Source: a virus (taxonomy: Duplodnaviria > Heunggongvirae > Uroviricota > Caudoviricetes). Taken from it: a stretch of 64,000 bases of DNA. Position numbers and translations under genes: made by a program. The stretch spans positions 225,237 to 289,236 of the IMG/VR virus record IMGVR_UViG_3300029288_000059; one strand, written 5' to 3'. Numbering within the stretch: the first letter of the stretch is position 1; each line of letters begins with the position of its first letter. This document shows positions 28,130 to 38,020 of the stretch, one piece after another. Under the pieces are notes generated by a model that saw only the letters and a program-made list of their open reading frames with translations, had not been told where the DNA came from and did not search any database.

Positions 28130-28532
28130 TTATAAATTCACCACCTATCTTAACTCCTTTAGGACGAGATAATTTAACTTTGTTACCATAACAATATAAA
28201 CTATCACCTATATATGTAGCACACCCATCTAAACTGGTTAATTGATTATACCTACAATATAAAGTACTACCTATATAAGTAGGACAATATTCTAAACTTG
28301 TTAGGCAATTACGGTCACAAACTAACCTACCTACATATATAGGGCAACCTTTTAAACTCGTTAGTTTGTTATTACGACAATTAAAATACCTACCTACATA
28401 CTTGAAATGAGGTAACGTGGTTAGTTTCCTGTTAAATAAATCTACATTGCCCCTAGTAATTATATTGCTATCAGTCAATCTAACAGTTAAATTAGATTTA
28501 ACAATGTTATATGGTTCTAAATTTCTATTCAT
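28122..28532 (-). CDS. LRR-like repeat family protein (MNRNLEPYNIVKSNLTV...).
   Basis: Four repeats. An 8-nt overlap links it to its neighbours. Confidence 0.55.
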   Translation of the reverse strand: MNRNLEPYNIVKSNLTVRLTDSNIITRGNVDLFNRKLTTLPHFKYVGRYFNCRNNKLTSLKGCPIYVGRLVCDRNCLTSLEYCPTYIGSTLYCRYNQLTSLDGCATYIGDSLYCYGNKVKLSRPKGVKIGGEFINV

Positions 28533-29193
28533 TTATAAATTCACCCCGAATCTTAATTCCTTTAGGACGCGATAATTTAAGGTTGCTGTGATTACAATCT
28601 AGATAACCACCTATACTAGTAGCACATCCTTCTAAATTTGTTAATTGGTTATAACGACAATATAAATCACCATTTATACGGACAGGACAACCCTTTAAAC
28701 TGGTTAATTGGTTATAACTACAATCAAAAACTCCACCTATACTAGTAGCACAACCCTTTAAACTTGTTAATTGATTATGACTACAATCTAGATTACCACC
28801 TATACTAGTAGCACAATATTTTAAACTAGTTAGTTGGTTATTATAACAATATAAACCACCACCTATATATGTAGCACAACCCTTTAAACTAGTTAATTGG
28901 TTATTACCACAATCTAACCTACCACCTATATAAGTAGCACAACACTCTAAACTTGTTAAATGGTTCTTATTACACCATAAATAACCACCTATATATGTAG
29001 GACATCCTTCTAAACTTGTTAATTGGTTAAAACTACAATCGAAATCGCCACTTACATACTTGAAATGAGGTAATGTATGTAGGTTACTGTCAGATAAACG
29101 TGCATTACCTCTTATAATAATATTATTATAAGTAGACTGAATCCTAATGCACCAATCATCATTCGTATTATAGGGTTCTAAACTACGATACAT
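28525..29193 (-). CDS. LRR-like repeat family protein (MYRSLEPYNT...), eight repeats. It is the longest copy.
   Basis: It contains tandem xxNQLTSLKGCATxIGGxLxCxx repeats. Confidence 0.55.
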   Translation of the reverse strand: MYRSLEPYNTNDDWCIRIQSTYNNIIIRGNARLSDSNLHTLPHFKYVSGDFDCSFNQLTSLEGCPTYIGGYLWCNKNHLTSLECCATYIGGRLDCGNNQLTSLKGCATYIGGGLYCYNNQLTSLKYCATSIGGNLDCSHNQLTSLKGCATSIGGVFDCSYNQLTSLKGCPVRINGDLYCRYNQLTNLEGCATSIGGYLDCNHSNLKLSRPKGIKIRGEFINE

Positions 29194-29217
29194 CTAAATA
29201 TCCTCAAACAAATTTGC

Positions 29218-29246
29218 GACATATACAATTTCCCCATACTTGACAA
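29218..29246 (-). promoter_or_regulatory. Promoter-like element, a paralogous copy of the 27786-27814 element, upstream of the LRR gene cluster.
   Basis: The reverse complement reads TTGTCAAGTATGGGGAAATTGTATATGTC...AATTTGTTTGAGGATATTTAGATG. Confidence 0.3.
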
Positions 29247-29248
29247 AT

Positions 29249-29713
29249 CTAACTTATAATGTACCCAATTTTACTCCACTCAAACAATAAATGTCTTAAC
29301 ATTATAACGGTTCGAACTACAATATTATGAATTGTATCAAATATGGGAGTGATGTAATGACTACTTCCGAATTCTAACCCATTTATAATTACATTCTTAG
29401 GTAGTTCTAATATGAGAGTATTGCACAAATATATAAAATTACCACCCACATATATAGGACAACCCTTTAAACTCATTAGTTGATTCCAACCACAATTAAA
29501 ATGTCCACCTACATACAATGGGCATCCTTTTAAACTAGTTAAATTACGATGTCTGCATATTAAATCTTTAGTTATATACTTAAAATTAGGCAACTTATTA
29601 ATAAGTAACTCAAAACCACCCCTACATATAATATTATTGGTGAAATAGTGCCAATCACCAAACTCTGGATTGACATATTGTTCCATATTATATGGTTCTA
29701 ATTTTCGATACAT
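29249..29713 (-). CDS. LRR-like repeat family protein (MYRKLEPYNMEQY...) with a divergent C-terminus.
   Basis: It carries the family N-terminus and two or three repeats. Confidence 0.5.
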   Translation of the reverse strand: MYRKLEPYNMEQYVNPEFGDWHYFTNNIICRGGFELLINKLPNFKYITKDLICRHRNLTSLKGCPLYVGGHFNCGWNQLMSLKGCPIYVGGNFIYLCNTLILELPKNVIINGLEFGSSHYITPIFDTIHNIVVRTVIMLRHLLFEWSKIGYIIS

Positions 29714-29742
29714 TAAGAATGTCCCAATAAGAGAATATATTA

Positions 29743-30075
29743 TTACTCATCCAAAAATACTTGTGCGGACTTCAACTCAGGCTGATTAAATATATCATCA
29801 ATACGCCCCTCACTATCAGTAACTTTTATCTTGTCTTCACAATCGGAACATAATCCAACTTTACCAAAAAATAATAGTTTCCCACATCTATCACAAACGT
29901 GGTCATTTAATGTTCGTTCTAATAATGATAGGAATAATGTTCGTTCATAGATTGACATTACTTGTATGTTATCTATAGAACTTCTAATTAATTCATTCGT
30001 AGAACGTCTGTGAGGTTCATCACTTTCTTCCTTAAACATATTATTAGATGTAAAGTCGATATTACGGGTTACCAT
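29743..30075 (-). CDS. Zinc-ribbon protein (CDRCGKLLFFGKVGLCSDCE).
   Basis: A CxxC...CxxC pattern is present. Confidence 0.4.
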   Translation of the reverse strand: MVTRNIDFTSNNMFKEESDEPHRRSTNELIRSSIDNIQVMSIYERTLFLSLLERTLNDHVCDRCGKLLFFGKVGLCSDCEDKIKVTDSEGRIDDIFNQPELKSAQVFLDE

Positions 30076-30851
30076 TTAATGACCGTCCGTATCTTATCAA
30101 AGAAACTACGTTTATTAACCTTATCTCTAATACTCTGTGATTCATTAATAGCGGTACGTATATCCGAACGGGCATCTAAAAACGCATCGACCTTATATCC
30201 GTTCAATTTATCCCGAAGTTCATCCAATGTAAGATTAACTTTAATTTCTTGTACTGGATTCTGATTAGTATGTTGTTTGAAGTTAGTAATAAACTTATCT
30301 AATGTTAAATCACAATACTCATCCGCCCAATCACCCAAGTAATATAATCGTTCGTATAATTCAGTTGAGTTGGTTCTTATAAAGGCACCAAACAAAATTG
30401 GGTCTTTTTCACGAAGTTCCCTTTTAACTTGACGTTCGACTTTACCCGTATAATCAGTAAAGAGAACATAGTAGTTATCGAATATTCCTTTTGTCTTTGT
30501 AATTGTATCTACTAATTCATCAGGAATCTCTCTTGGATAACGATTAAGTTCGATAATTTTAACTTCTTTATTTCCAATATGATTTATATACATCGTGATG
30601 TCATCGGAGTATACATATTTTGTAATACCCATTTCTAATAACTTATATTCACGTTCTATACATTCAATGAAGAATGTCTTCATCTTTATTAGTTGTTCGG
30701 TTTGCCCTGTCTTATAGGCTTTATCCGCCAAATAGTTAATATTCTGTAATATATCATTTAACTTATAATCCGACATTTCTTCTGTCTTGCTTTTGACATA
30801 ATCAAAATAAGTTAAAGGGTCAATTGTTTCATTATCTAACTTCGTTACCAT
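30069..30851 (-). CDS. Hypothetical protein, 260 aa.
   Basis: Long ORF. It overlaps the downstream gene by 7 nt. Confidence 0.45.
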   Translation of the reverse strand: MVTKLDNETIDPLTYFDYVKSKTEEMSDYKLNDILQNINYLADKAYKTGQTEQLIKMKTFFIECIEREYKLLEMGITKYVYSDDITMYINHIGNKEVKIIELNRYPREIPDELVDTITKTKGIFDNYYVLFTDYTGKVERQVKRELREKDPILFGAFIRTNSTELYERLYYLGDWADEYCDLTLDKFITNFKQHTNQNPVQEIKVNLTLDELRDKLNGYKVDAFLDARSDIRTAINESQSIRDKVNKRSFFDKIRTVIKW

Positions 30852-30925
30852 AATAGTTTCCTTTCGTTATGAACTCGTTGAATTATATGTGACTTAATTA
30901 TAATTGTCAAACCGTAAAATAATCG

Positions 30926-30953
30926 TTGACATTTATATATAATATGTTATACT
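30926..30953 (+). promoter_or_regulatory. Early sigma70-type promoter cassette (TTGACA-N16-TATACT followed by TAAATTATAAACA).
   Basis: One of six near-identical copies. AGGAG and ATG follow at 30989. Confidence 0.6.
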
Positions 30954-30988
30954 TAAATTATAAACAACACAAACAAGGAGAGAAAACA

Positions 30989-31246
30989 ATGTTAAGTAAA
31001 TCAGATGCAAAATTGTTAAAGAAAGAGAAATTCGTTGTTACTACTAATAACGATTTAATTACAGCAGTACATACTGCCCCTGCAAGTACAGGACTTCCAC
31101 CATATGTAATAAAAGAAAGAAAAGAAAATAATAAATCAGTATATGATAGTTATTTTGCGTTTCATACAGAGACCAACGATAATAGTATAATCACGTATGA
31201 TACAATTAAACAATGTATTCCCGAAGTTAATGAGTACGATGATTAA
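30989..31246 (+). CDS. Small early protein, 85 aa.
   Basis: The RBS is AAGGAGAGAAAACAATG, downstream of the promoter cassette. The longer track ORF beginning at 30926 merely translates the promoter. Confidence 0.5.
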   Translation: MLSKSDAKLLKKEKFVVTTNNDLITAVHTAPASTGLPPYVIKERKENNKSVYDSYFAFHTETNDNSIITYDTIKQCIPEVNEYDD

Positions 31247-31254
31247 GTTAAATA

Positions 31255-31288
31255 AAATAGTGGGAGTTTTTAATTCCCACTATTTTTA
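31255..31288. terminator. Bidirectional rho-independent terminator (stem AAATAGTGGGA with its reverse complement TCCCACTATTT, loop GTTTTTAAT). It is an exact copy of 43223-43256.
   Basis: An 11-bp stem is flanked by A and T runs, between convergent genes. Confidence 0.7.
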
Positions 31289-31292
31289 TGAC

Positions 31293-32681
31293 TTACTTCT
31301 TAGTTTTAGGTTGAGTTACGTCTAATACTTTAGACATAACCTGTTGTCCAACATCCGTATTAACGAATGATTCCAACATAGCACCCATCTTTTGTCCACC
31401 GTTAGTAGAAAACAAATCCATTACCTTTGTTATTCCTTCTGTTGGCGTACCCGTATTTGATATTACTTTAACGTTTGCATTACTTAATGCTTTAGCTTGT
31501 TCGATACCAACTATCTCATCAGCTTCGATTTGACGTATACTAACCAAGTATTGTTGATATCCAACGTTCGTACCAATCTCATTCGCCAATGTAATTTGAG
31601 TAGTTACTGGTACTAATTGAATAGCACGTTCGGCATCTGCTTGTGCTAAACCAGTAACAGTAATGGCTTTAGCTTCTAATTCTTTTGATGTTAAAGAACC
31701 TTCAGCTACAATGATGGAAGATTGTTTATTACTTTCCGCATTAATAATTGCAGTTTGTTTGTTACCATCCGCCATAATAATGGAAGTCTGTTTAGCTTTT
31801 TCTGCATTAATAATTGAAACTTGTTTCTCAATTTCGGCAGAACGTTCGTTTTGTACTTTAATAACTTCCATTTCTTTATTTTTAGTAATGGCAGATTGTA
31901 CAATAATATCTTGTTGTGCTTGTTCTTTAGCAACGCCAATAGCCTTATTCTTTGCCGTCTCACGTACTTTAACAGTTTCTTCCGATAACTGCTTTTGCAT
32001 ATCTACATCTTGTGATGCAGATACTTCCGCTATTTGGGCGGCTTTAAGATTTGAGGCAACCGTAACGCGACTATCCATCTCGATATGTGATTTACGTTTT
32101 TCCATAATATTATGGATTACTTTACCATTTGGAACGTCACGTATATCCATTAATTCAATTGCCTTAACTGGTATAACGCCCCAAGATTTTAATTGTTCTT
32201 CAACTTCTTTGGTGAACTGTTGACCAAATTTAGAACGTTCAACCATAATTGAATTAATTTCATGTGCCGCCAATACAGTACGAATACTGCCTTGTACGAT
32301 AGAATGCAATTGTTGTAATAGTTCATTAAATGAACCAATACGTTGAGCTGCCAAATTAGTATCCGTAATTCTAAAGAATGCAATTACATCAACTACAAAC
32401 GGAACTCGTCCCTCATCGTATGCTTCATAATCAGCTAGTTTAACATCAAATACTGATACTGGTAATATAACTTTCGTTACGCCTATAATTGGAATCCAAC
32501 TAGGCCATTCATAATAAACATTCCCATTAGGCGTATCTTTGCCGTATGAAGTTGTTTCTTTACCCGATTGTACAATATGTACTTCATTTGATGATACTAC
32601 TCGTCGTAACATCATCATAGAAATAATCGTTAAAATAGCAATCACTGCTAATGGTGCAACCCACATCGTCATAGTAATCAT
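31293..32681 (-). CDS. SPFH/Band-7 (flotillin/YqiK-like) membrane protein.
   Basis: An N-terminal TM helix is followed by an SPFH core (FDVKLADYEAYDEGRVPFVVDVIAFFRITD) and C-terminal flotillin-like repeats (QVSIINAEKAKQTSIIMADGNKQTAIINAESNKQSSIIVAEG). Confidence 0.75.
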   Translation of the reverse strand: MITMTMWVAPLAVIAILTIISMMMLRRVVSSNEVHIVQSGKETTSYGKDTPNGNVYYEWPSWIPIIGVTKVILPVSVFDVKLADYEAYDEGRVPFVVDVIAFFRITDTNLAAQRIGSFNELLQQLHSIVQGSIRTVLAAHEINSIMVERSKFGQQFTKEVEEQLKSWGVIPVKAIELMDIRDVPNGKVIHNIMEKRKSHIEMDSRVTVASNLKAAQIAEVSASQDVDMQKQLSEETVKVRETAKNKAIGVAKEQAQQDIIVQSAITKNKEMEVIKVQNERSAEIEKQVSIINAEKAKQTSIIMADGNKQTAIINAESNKQSSIIVAEGSLTSKELEAKAITVTGLAQADAERAIQLVPVTTQITLANEIGTNVGYQQYLVSIRQIEADEIVGIEQAKALSNANVKVISNTGTPTEGITKVMDLFSTNGGQKMGAMLESFVNTDVGQQVMSKVLDVTQPKTKK

Positions 32682-32694
32682 AGTATATCTCCTG

Positions 32695-33513
32695 TTAAGA
32701 TTGTTTTATAAACCGACCACGTGCATCACGTTTAGGTTTAACTTTAGATTTAACATTACCTTTTTCACTAGTAACAACCAGTTTAGATAATGTATCAAAC
32801 GTCTGTCCACCAATATGTTCCATTAAAACTTCATACTGGCAACAACGACCTTTAGCATTATTATAATCTTTAGGAATTGATACAACATCCCGTGGATTAA
32901 TTTTAATAATGATAACTTTATAATCTGTTTCATTATTAGTACCGTAGTTTGGTAAGTATTCTAATGAAGCGAAATGTAATCCCGTTGAGCAAGTAGCTTC
33001 TCTATCATCGTCAACAAATGACCGTTTCATCTTTGGTTTTAAACCAATACTATTATCAACAGAATTAGTATAGATATCCTTAAAATTGGAAGTAACTTTC
33101 TTGTAGGCAAGAAAATATCCATCAGAAGTTATAGGTAAATTATTTTGTTCCAAGAACAAGTATAATTCATCAATGGCACGTTTAGATGGATTAGTTAATA
33201 AGTTCGTTAAAAACTTAATCATTGGTTCAACATCGAACTCATCATTCATCATTTTAATAATTCGTTTGGTTAATGCGTTATTAACCTTTTCCTTATCAAA
33301 ATAGAATTCACCATCAATCAATTTAATCTTTCCATTAGCAAATGTTTGGATTGATTGTTTGATATTATGTAATGACGTAATTTCACACTCACTTAGTGAG
33401 TCTAACCCCTTTTTCACTTTATTGAAGTTAGGATGATTCTTACCGAATAACAATGGTGCTCCATTACAGAATACCATAATAGAATCATCTTTAATTATAT
33501 ACGCTTTTGTCAT
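32695..33513 (-). CDS. rIIB: rIIB lysis-inhibition and anti-exclusion protein.
   Basis: The segment FLTNLLTNPSKRAIDELYLFLEQNNLPITSDGYFLAYKKV...DDDREATCSTGLH...PRDVVSIPKDYNNAKGRCCQYEV closely matches T4 rIIB. Confidence 0.85.
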   Translation of the reverse strand: MTKAYIIKDDSIMVFCNGAPLLFGKNHPNFNKVKKGLDSLSECEITSLHNIKQSIQTFANGKIKLIDGEFYFDKEKVNNALTKRIIKMMNDEFDVEPMIKFLTNLLTNPSKRAIDELYLFLEQNNLPITSDGYFLAYKKVTSNFKDIYTNSVDNSIGLKPKMKRSFVDDDREATCSTGLHFASLEYLPNYGTNNETDYKVIIIKINPRDVVSIPKDYNNAKGRCCQYEVLMEHIGGQTFDTLSKLVVTSEKGNVKSKVKPKRDARGRFIKQS

Positions 33514-35670
33514 TTACTTAACTCCTCTTTCATATCTCACGTTGCACATATTAATAATATCAGTAAAGTTTTCTAAGTCCGGTGGGGTACTATAACGACT
33601 GAAGTTAATATTTTCAAATAACTTATATCGTTTTTTGAGTAATTCACCCCGTTCATGCCACAAATCATATAACTTCTTTATTGTATTGGACGTATCCAAT
33701 ACTTCGAGTTGTTTGTGATAGTATTGTATAGAACTACGTTTTACGGCATATTGCTGTGATTTAAAAAATTGCTTCAACAAAGGGTCCTTTATAGTATCTA
33801 ATACGTGTTCATATTCGGGTGTTAACTTCTCAAACCAACAACATGAGGATAATGTACTAAATCCATAATGATTACAAACTGCTTCCCGATGCGTACTTAA
33901 CAACACACTGGGTAACTTAATATACGCTGCAATTTCGGCATCAAGAATAGTATTAATATCAATCCATTTATCGACATCATCTAACTTTTTAAACTTTTGA
34001 AAATTAGTTTTGGCAATTCCTAATGAATTAGTTAAAAGTTTATACAAGTTAGACGACGTATCTATATAACGAATAATACTCATTAACGTGGATAATTTAC
34101 TATATTCATCCGTCAATCTACTACCAATAGTCAAATAATAATAACCACCACCCTCAATCTTATTTTTAACAGCAAACGCATTAGTAACTCTATTAATTTT
34201 ACCTTGGTAAAAACTATATAATGATAATTCGGACGGGTTAACAGAAGTTCGTTCTTTGCGTTGACGTATTGCAGTTGTTATCGACTTATACTCGTCTAAA
34301 TCTTGTGCCATAGTAAACTGATATGGGGCTATTAATTTTCTTACTTCATCCACGTCAGTATGTTCTGTGGCAAGTATCATATAAGTTAATTTGTCATACG
34401 CTCGTAATGTACTAATTAACTTTACTTTATGTTTGAGTTTCTCTTCTATATATACAAAACGAGGTAATGTGTCGTAATGACATAATGTGAGTCCGACATC
34501 GTATACATCCCATGAAAATTCAGCTAAAGGTTTACTACTATCTCTTTTGAGATTAGAACGCCAAAATGTAGTTGAACATGGTGTTAAATCAATACGTTTA
34601 TTAATTAGTAATGAACACCGTTGATATACTGTTTTATCAACTAAATCGACATAGTATCTCAAACTCGTACGTTTTATTGCTACGAGTGATTCAATCTTTT
34701 CAATAGTAGGTTTATTACTATTCAATATGTCAGATAACATATTGGTAAAGTAATCTTTCATTTCGGTAATCGAGTATAGGATACTATTAACAGTTACATT
34801 ATTATAAATTAATTCCTCTCTACTTGGTTGAGGTATAACATCACCCAATTCAAGATTTAATACGGTACGATAACTACCAAATATTGAATCATATGCTGTT
34901 TGGACAACTGTACTAGGATTATGAAATGTTGCTTCTTTAATTTGTTCATTTGATGTGTCAATGGAGTACAGAACACCACCCATCAATGCGTATAATCCTT
35001 TTTCACCATAACAACCACGATATATGGAAAATGTAGGAGTAGATAATATTACCTCTTCGCGTTCAATATATACATCAGTTCCAATAAACTTCGGTACTTT
35101 CAACCATTTGTATATACTACGTGCATGAATTCTAAATGCTTCAAATTTATCGGTTGGTATAGTTATTTTAACCCCATTACGTTCATTTGTAGGAGTAGTT
35201 GCTAAATGAGTTAAACAAGGAACTCCGTTATTTAAGAACGCCGTATATAGATAATATTCACCATTAAAGTATGATTCAATGGTATACTGTGATACTATTG
35301 AGAATGGAGTTTTACAGCCCAAACCATAAGCACCAATTTGTTTATTATCATTCGTCTTTGTGGAGTTAAAAAACTGGGTATATACAGTTTCAATCGTTTC
35401 TCGTGACATACCAGTACCATAGTCGCGGATGTAGAACCAAGGTTCCATCATTACGGGTAAATGTACATCGTAATCAAGTTCCTGTGTACCCGCGACGATA
35501 TGCGCGTCTATCGCATTACAAGATAATTCACGTAATACCGCCAATACACCATCTTTATATAATCTAGTTGATAATACACTGAATGCAAAATCACTAGACT
35601 CGATTGAGAACTGTTTTATGTCGTCAATCCCTGATGTTTCTAATACATCATCGGCTTGTGCAATCTCCAT
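33514..35670 (-). CDS. rIIA: rIIA protein (N-terminal GHKL-type ATPase-like domain).
   Basis: It is 718 aa and sits immediately upstream of rIIB. GHKL-like motifs (LRELSCNAIDAH, IRDYGTGMS) are present. Confidence 0.85.
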   Translation of the reverse strand: MEIAQADDVLETSGIDDIKQFSIESSDFAFSVLSTRLYKDGVLAVLRELSCNAIDAHIVAGTQELDYDVHLPVMMEPWFYIRDYGTGMSRETIETVYTQFFNSTKTNDNKQIGAYGLGCKTPFSIVSQYTIESYFNGEYYLYTAFLNNGVPCLTHLATTPTNERNGVKITIPTDKFEAFRIHARSIYKWLKVPKFIGTDVYIEREEVILSTPTFSIYRGCYGEKGLYALMGGVLYSIDTSNEQIKEATFHNPSTVVQTAYDSIFGSYRTVLNLELGDVIPQPSREELIYNNVTVNSILYSITEMKDYFTNMLSDILNSNKPTIEKIESLVAIKRTSLRYYVDLVDKTVYQRCSLLINKRIDLTPCSTTFWRSNLKRDSSKPLAEFSWDVYDVGLTLCHYDTLPRFVYIEEKLKHKVKLISTLRAYDKLTYMILATEHTDVDEVRKLIAPYQFTMAQDLDEYKSITTAIRQRKERTSVNPSELSLYSFYQGKINRVTNAFAVKNKIEGGGYYYLTIGSRLTDEYSKLSTLMSIIRYIDTSSNLYKLLTNSLGIAKTNFQKFKKLDDVDKWIDINTILDAEIAAYIKLPSVLLSTHREAVCNHYGFSTLSSCCWFEKLTPEYEHVLDTIKDPLLKQFFKSQQYAVKRSSIQYYHKQLEVLDTSNTIKKLYDLWHERGELLKKRYKLFENINFSRYSTPPDLENFTDIINMCNVRYERGVK

Positions 35671-35746
35671 AATACTTAAACTCCATATTAAGTTATATAT
35701 ACGTTATAACATTATATGAAGTTAAAAGTCAATAGTGGTTATGAAT

Positions 35747-36013
35747 TTATTTTGTCGTACGAGGGATAACTTTAATACCTAACATGGGTAATGTCTCATT
35801 ACCTATCATATTAAGTGTTATTTCGAATACTTTCTGTTCGATATATTGAAAATCGGAATGAAATAAAACAACACTACCTTCTAATTTTAAGAGATTAAAT
35901 TTTTCTTCCATAACGCCATGTGACATCACGTTAGCAAACAACCGATTGAATGTTGTTCGTGTTATAGAACTTCTATTTAATATTAAGGTGAACTGTTTAT
36001 ATCTCTTTTTCAT
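35747..36013 (-). CDS. Hypothetical small protein.
   Basis: ORF of 88 aa. Confidence 0.4.
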   Translation of the reverse strand: MKKRYKQFTLILNRSSITRTTFNRLFANVMSHGVMEEKFNLLKLEGSVVLFHSDFQYIEQKVFEITLNMIGNETLPMLGIKVIPRTTK

Positions 36014-36096
36014 ATCATCAACAAAAAAATTAAACTAACTATAATATATTTAGTTTTTTAGATTTTGTTAATTTTGTTGATTTTATGTTCAAAAAA

Positions 36097-36120
36097 AGAC
36101 CCTGTATTTTTACAGGGTCT
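36097..36120. terminator. Stem-loop (AGACCCTGTA-TTTT-TACAGGGTCT) with an A-run upstream. It works as a terminator mainly on the minus strand.
   Basis: A 10-bp GC-containing stem. A T-run follows only on the minus strand. Confidence 0.4.
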
Positions 36121-36290
36121 AAGTTTACAACGGAGATTAAACTATGAATAATAACATTCACAATAGTTACTATAATGAAGTCTCATTAACTAATCAATAA
36201 GAATTATATGATTATTTTGAAAATTCTTTTTGATTAAAGTTAAAGTACAGTTTATAATAACTTTAAATTAAACAAAGGGATTATGTAGTA

Positions 36291-36809
36291 ATGAAATTTT
36301 TAACAGCCGATAATACTTCAGTTGATTTTAATAATGAAGCCAGTCCAGCAAGTATAGGTATATCAATACTAGACTATACTGATATGGAGAATGTAGATTA
36401 TTACATCAAAAACTTTTTCTTCTTTAGTGAATACGACTCCCCAGTAGTTCATTTAAAGATTGGTAACTCATTCATTGATGTACCATTAAATTGGAAAATC
36501 TTAACGGGTGACCCGAATACAGGTGAATTAGAGTTAGTCGAAGTTGAAGAATTATCAATGTTTGATTATAATGCATTCGTTTTAAACCCATATAAAAGCT
36601 ATATACCAAAATACGAACCGATTGAAGTTACTAATGTTTATCTTTCGGGTATAAAACTATTTGTTCCTAAGTCATATAAGAAATCACTATTTCTTGTATC
36701 ACTTGAAAATAAAGTTAATCATTTAGAAGGACCATATTCCGATTGTGTATTTCTTTGTGATGATATAGATAGAACGAATGATATATTAAGTGTAGACCAA
36801 TTATTTTAA
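36291..36809 (+). CDS. Hypothetical protein, 172 aa.
   Basis: A TTGATT-N17-TATAAT promoter-like element lies upstream (about 36226-36254). Confidence 0.45.
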   Translation: MKFLTADNTSVDFNNEASPASIGISILDYTDMENVDYYIKNFFFFSEYDSPVVHLKIGNSFIDVPLNWKILTGDPNTGELELVEVEELSMFDYNAFVLNPYKSYIPKYEPIEVTNVYLSGIKLFVPKSYKKSLFLVSLENKVNHLEGPYSDCVFLCDDIDRTNDILSVDQLF

Positions 36810-36821
36810 AGGATTATTAAT

Positions 36822-37385
36822 ATGTATGGTACATTAACTGTTATTGCTAGTGGTATGTTTGCAGGTAAGACATCAGAATTACTAATGCAATACTGGAGAG
36901 AAACAAACTTAAATAAAAAGACTGCAATATGTTTTAAGCCACATATTGATGTAAGATATGATTCTTACTTTGATGTTCCAAAAATTAGTACTCATAATTT
37001 GGCGGCTATTGACGCACAAATGGTAACTACACTAGATGATAATTTATTAGAACTCGCTCTTAGTAAAGATGTTTCAATATTCGACGAATGTCAATTCTTT
37101 ACGAATGAAATTGTAACTGGAGACATATATGAATTTATTGAAAAATTACTCGTTAATGGTAAGACTGTTATACTAGCAGGACTTGATATGGATTATAAGG
37201 GTAAACCATTTCCGGTTACTGCATACTTCCTCGCTAAAGCGGATACTGTTATTAAACCAAAAGCACGTTGTTCGGTTTGTGGTAAACCCGCAACTAAAAC
37301 CTTTAAATATAAAGGTGATATGGATAATACTATTGACGTTGGTAATGGGGACAAGTACGAACCAAGATGTAATGATTGTTGGTAA
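36822..37385 (+). CDS. tk: Thymidine kinase.
   Basis: The P-loop GMFAGKTSELL and the C-terminal zinc-binding CSVCGKPA...C are present. It is 187 aa. Confidence 0.9.
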   Translation: MYGTLTVIASGMFAGKTSELLMQYWRETNLNKKTAICFKPHIDVRYDSYFDVPKISTHNLAAIDAQMVTTLDDNLLELALSKDVSIFDECQFFTNEIVTGDIYEFIEKLLVNGKTVILAGLDMDYKGKPFPVTAYFLAKADTVIKPKARCSVCGKPATKTFKYKGDMDNTIDVGNGDKYEPRCNDCW

Positions 37386-37403
37386 ATTTAATAGTTACGT
37401 ACT

Positions 37404-37733
37404 CTATGATTGAGGGATGATATTTAGACGTGAATTACCTGCACTCCACGAAAATATCTCACCCACATACAAAGGACGATATCTTAAATATATTAATAGA
37501 TTATACGTACAATTAAAACTACATCCGACATACATTGGACTTCCTTTGAGACTCGTTAGATGATTATTAGAACAATCAAAATCACCATCTACATACTTAT
37601 AATGAGGTAACTTCTTTAGACATAAATCATTTAAATTTACATCACCCCTAGTGATTATATTGACATCCTCAAATCGGGCTATACAACGACAATAACTATT
37701 ATTAATATATGGGTTCAAGTCCCTATACATCAT
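37404..37733 (-). CDS. LRR-like repeat family protein (MMYRDLNPYINN...), partly degenerate.
   Basis: It contains DCSNNHLTSLKGSPMYVGCSFNC. Confidence 0.45.
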   Translation of the reverse strand: MMYRDLNPYINNSYCRCIARFEDVNIITRGDVNLNDLCLKKLPHYKYVDGDFDCSNNHLTSLKGSPMYVGCSFNCTYNLLIYLRYRPLYVGEIFSWSAGNSRLNIIPQS

Positions 37734-38020
37734 TTACTCCTATACTCAGTACCAAAAACCATCAATGGTCCTATGGCTGAGCACAAACATAGTTGATATG
37801 GTGGGAACATCCCGCGAACGTACTTAATATCGGGCAAGTAAGAAATACCCACTAAATCACGATGTCGTAGTATTAATTTAATAGTATTGGAATCCTCATT
37901 CCAATATGATGGTAAACGTGAAGACGATGAATATATAAATTTATTAATATATGGTTCTAATGCTCTAGCAACCAAATGTAACTCCACAGTATAAATTACC
38001 TATATATGTAGGATAACCAG
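37730..38020 (-). pseudogene. Decayed LRR-family copy. It keeps an N-terminal '..ALEPYINK..' remnant and out-of-frame repeat remnants.
   Basis: The ORF 37730..37987 carries a family-like N-terminus. The 37988-38020 region encodes LAGYPTYIGNLYCG in another frame. Confidence 0.4.

Noticed and set aside
30926-31246. Track ORFs beginning MTFIYNMLYLNYKQ / MLYLNYKQ (also 40940 and 42101) are suspiciously conserved at the N-terminus.
   Set aside because: The conserved part is the translated promoter cassette (TTGACA...TATACT...TAAATTATAAACA). The real starts are the downstream ATGs after AAGGAG (30989, 40982, 42143).
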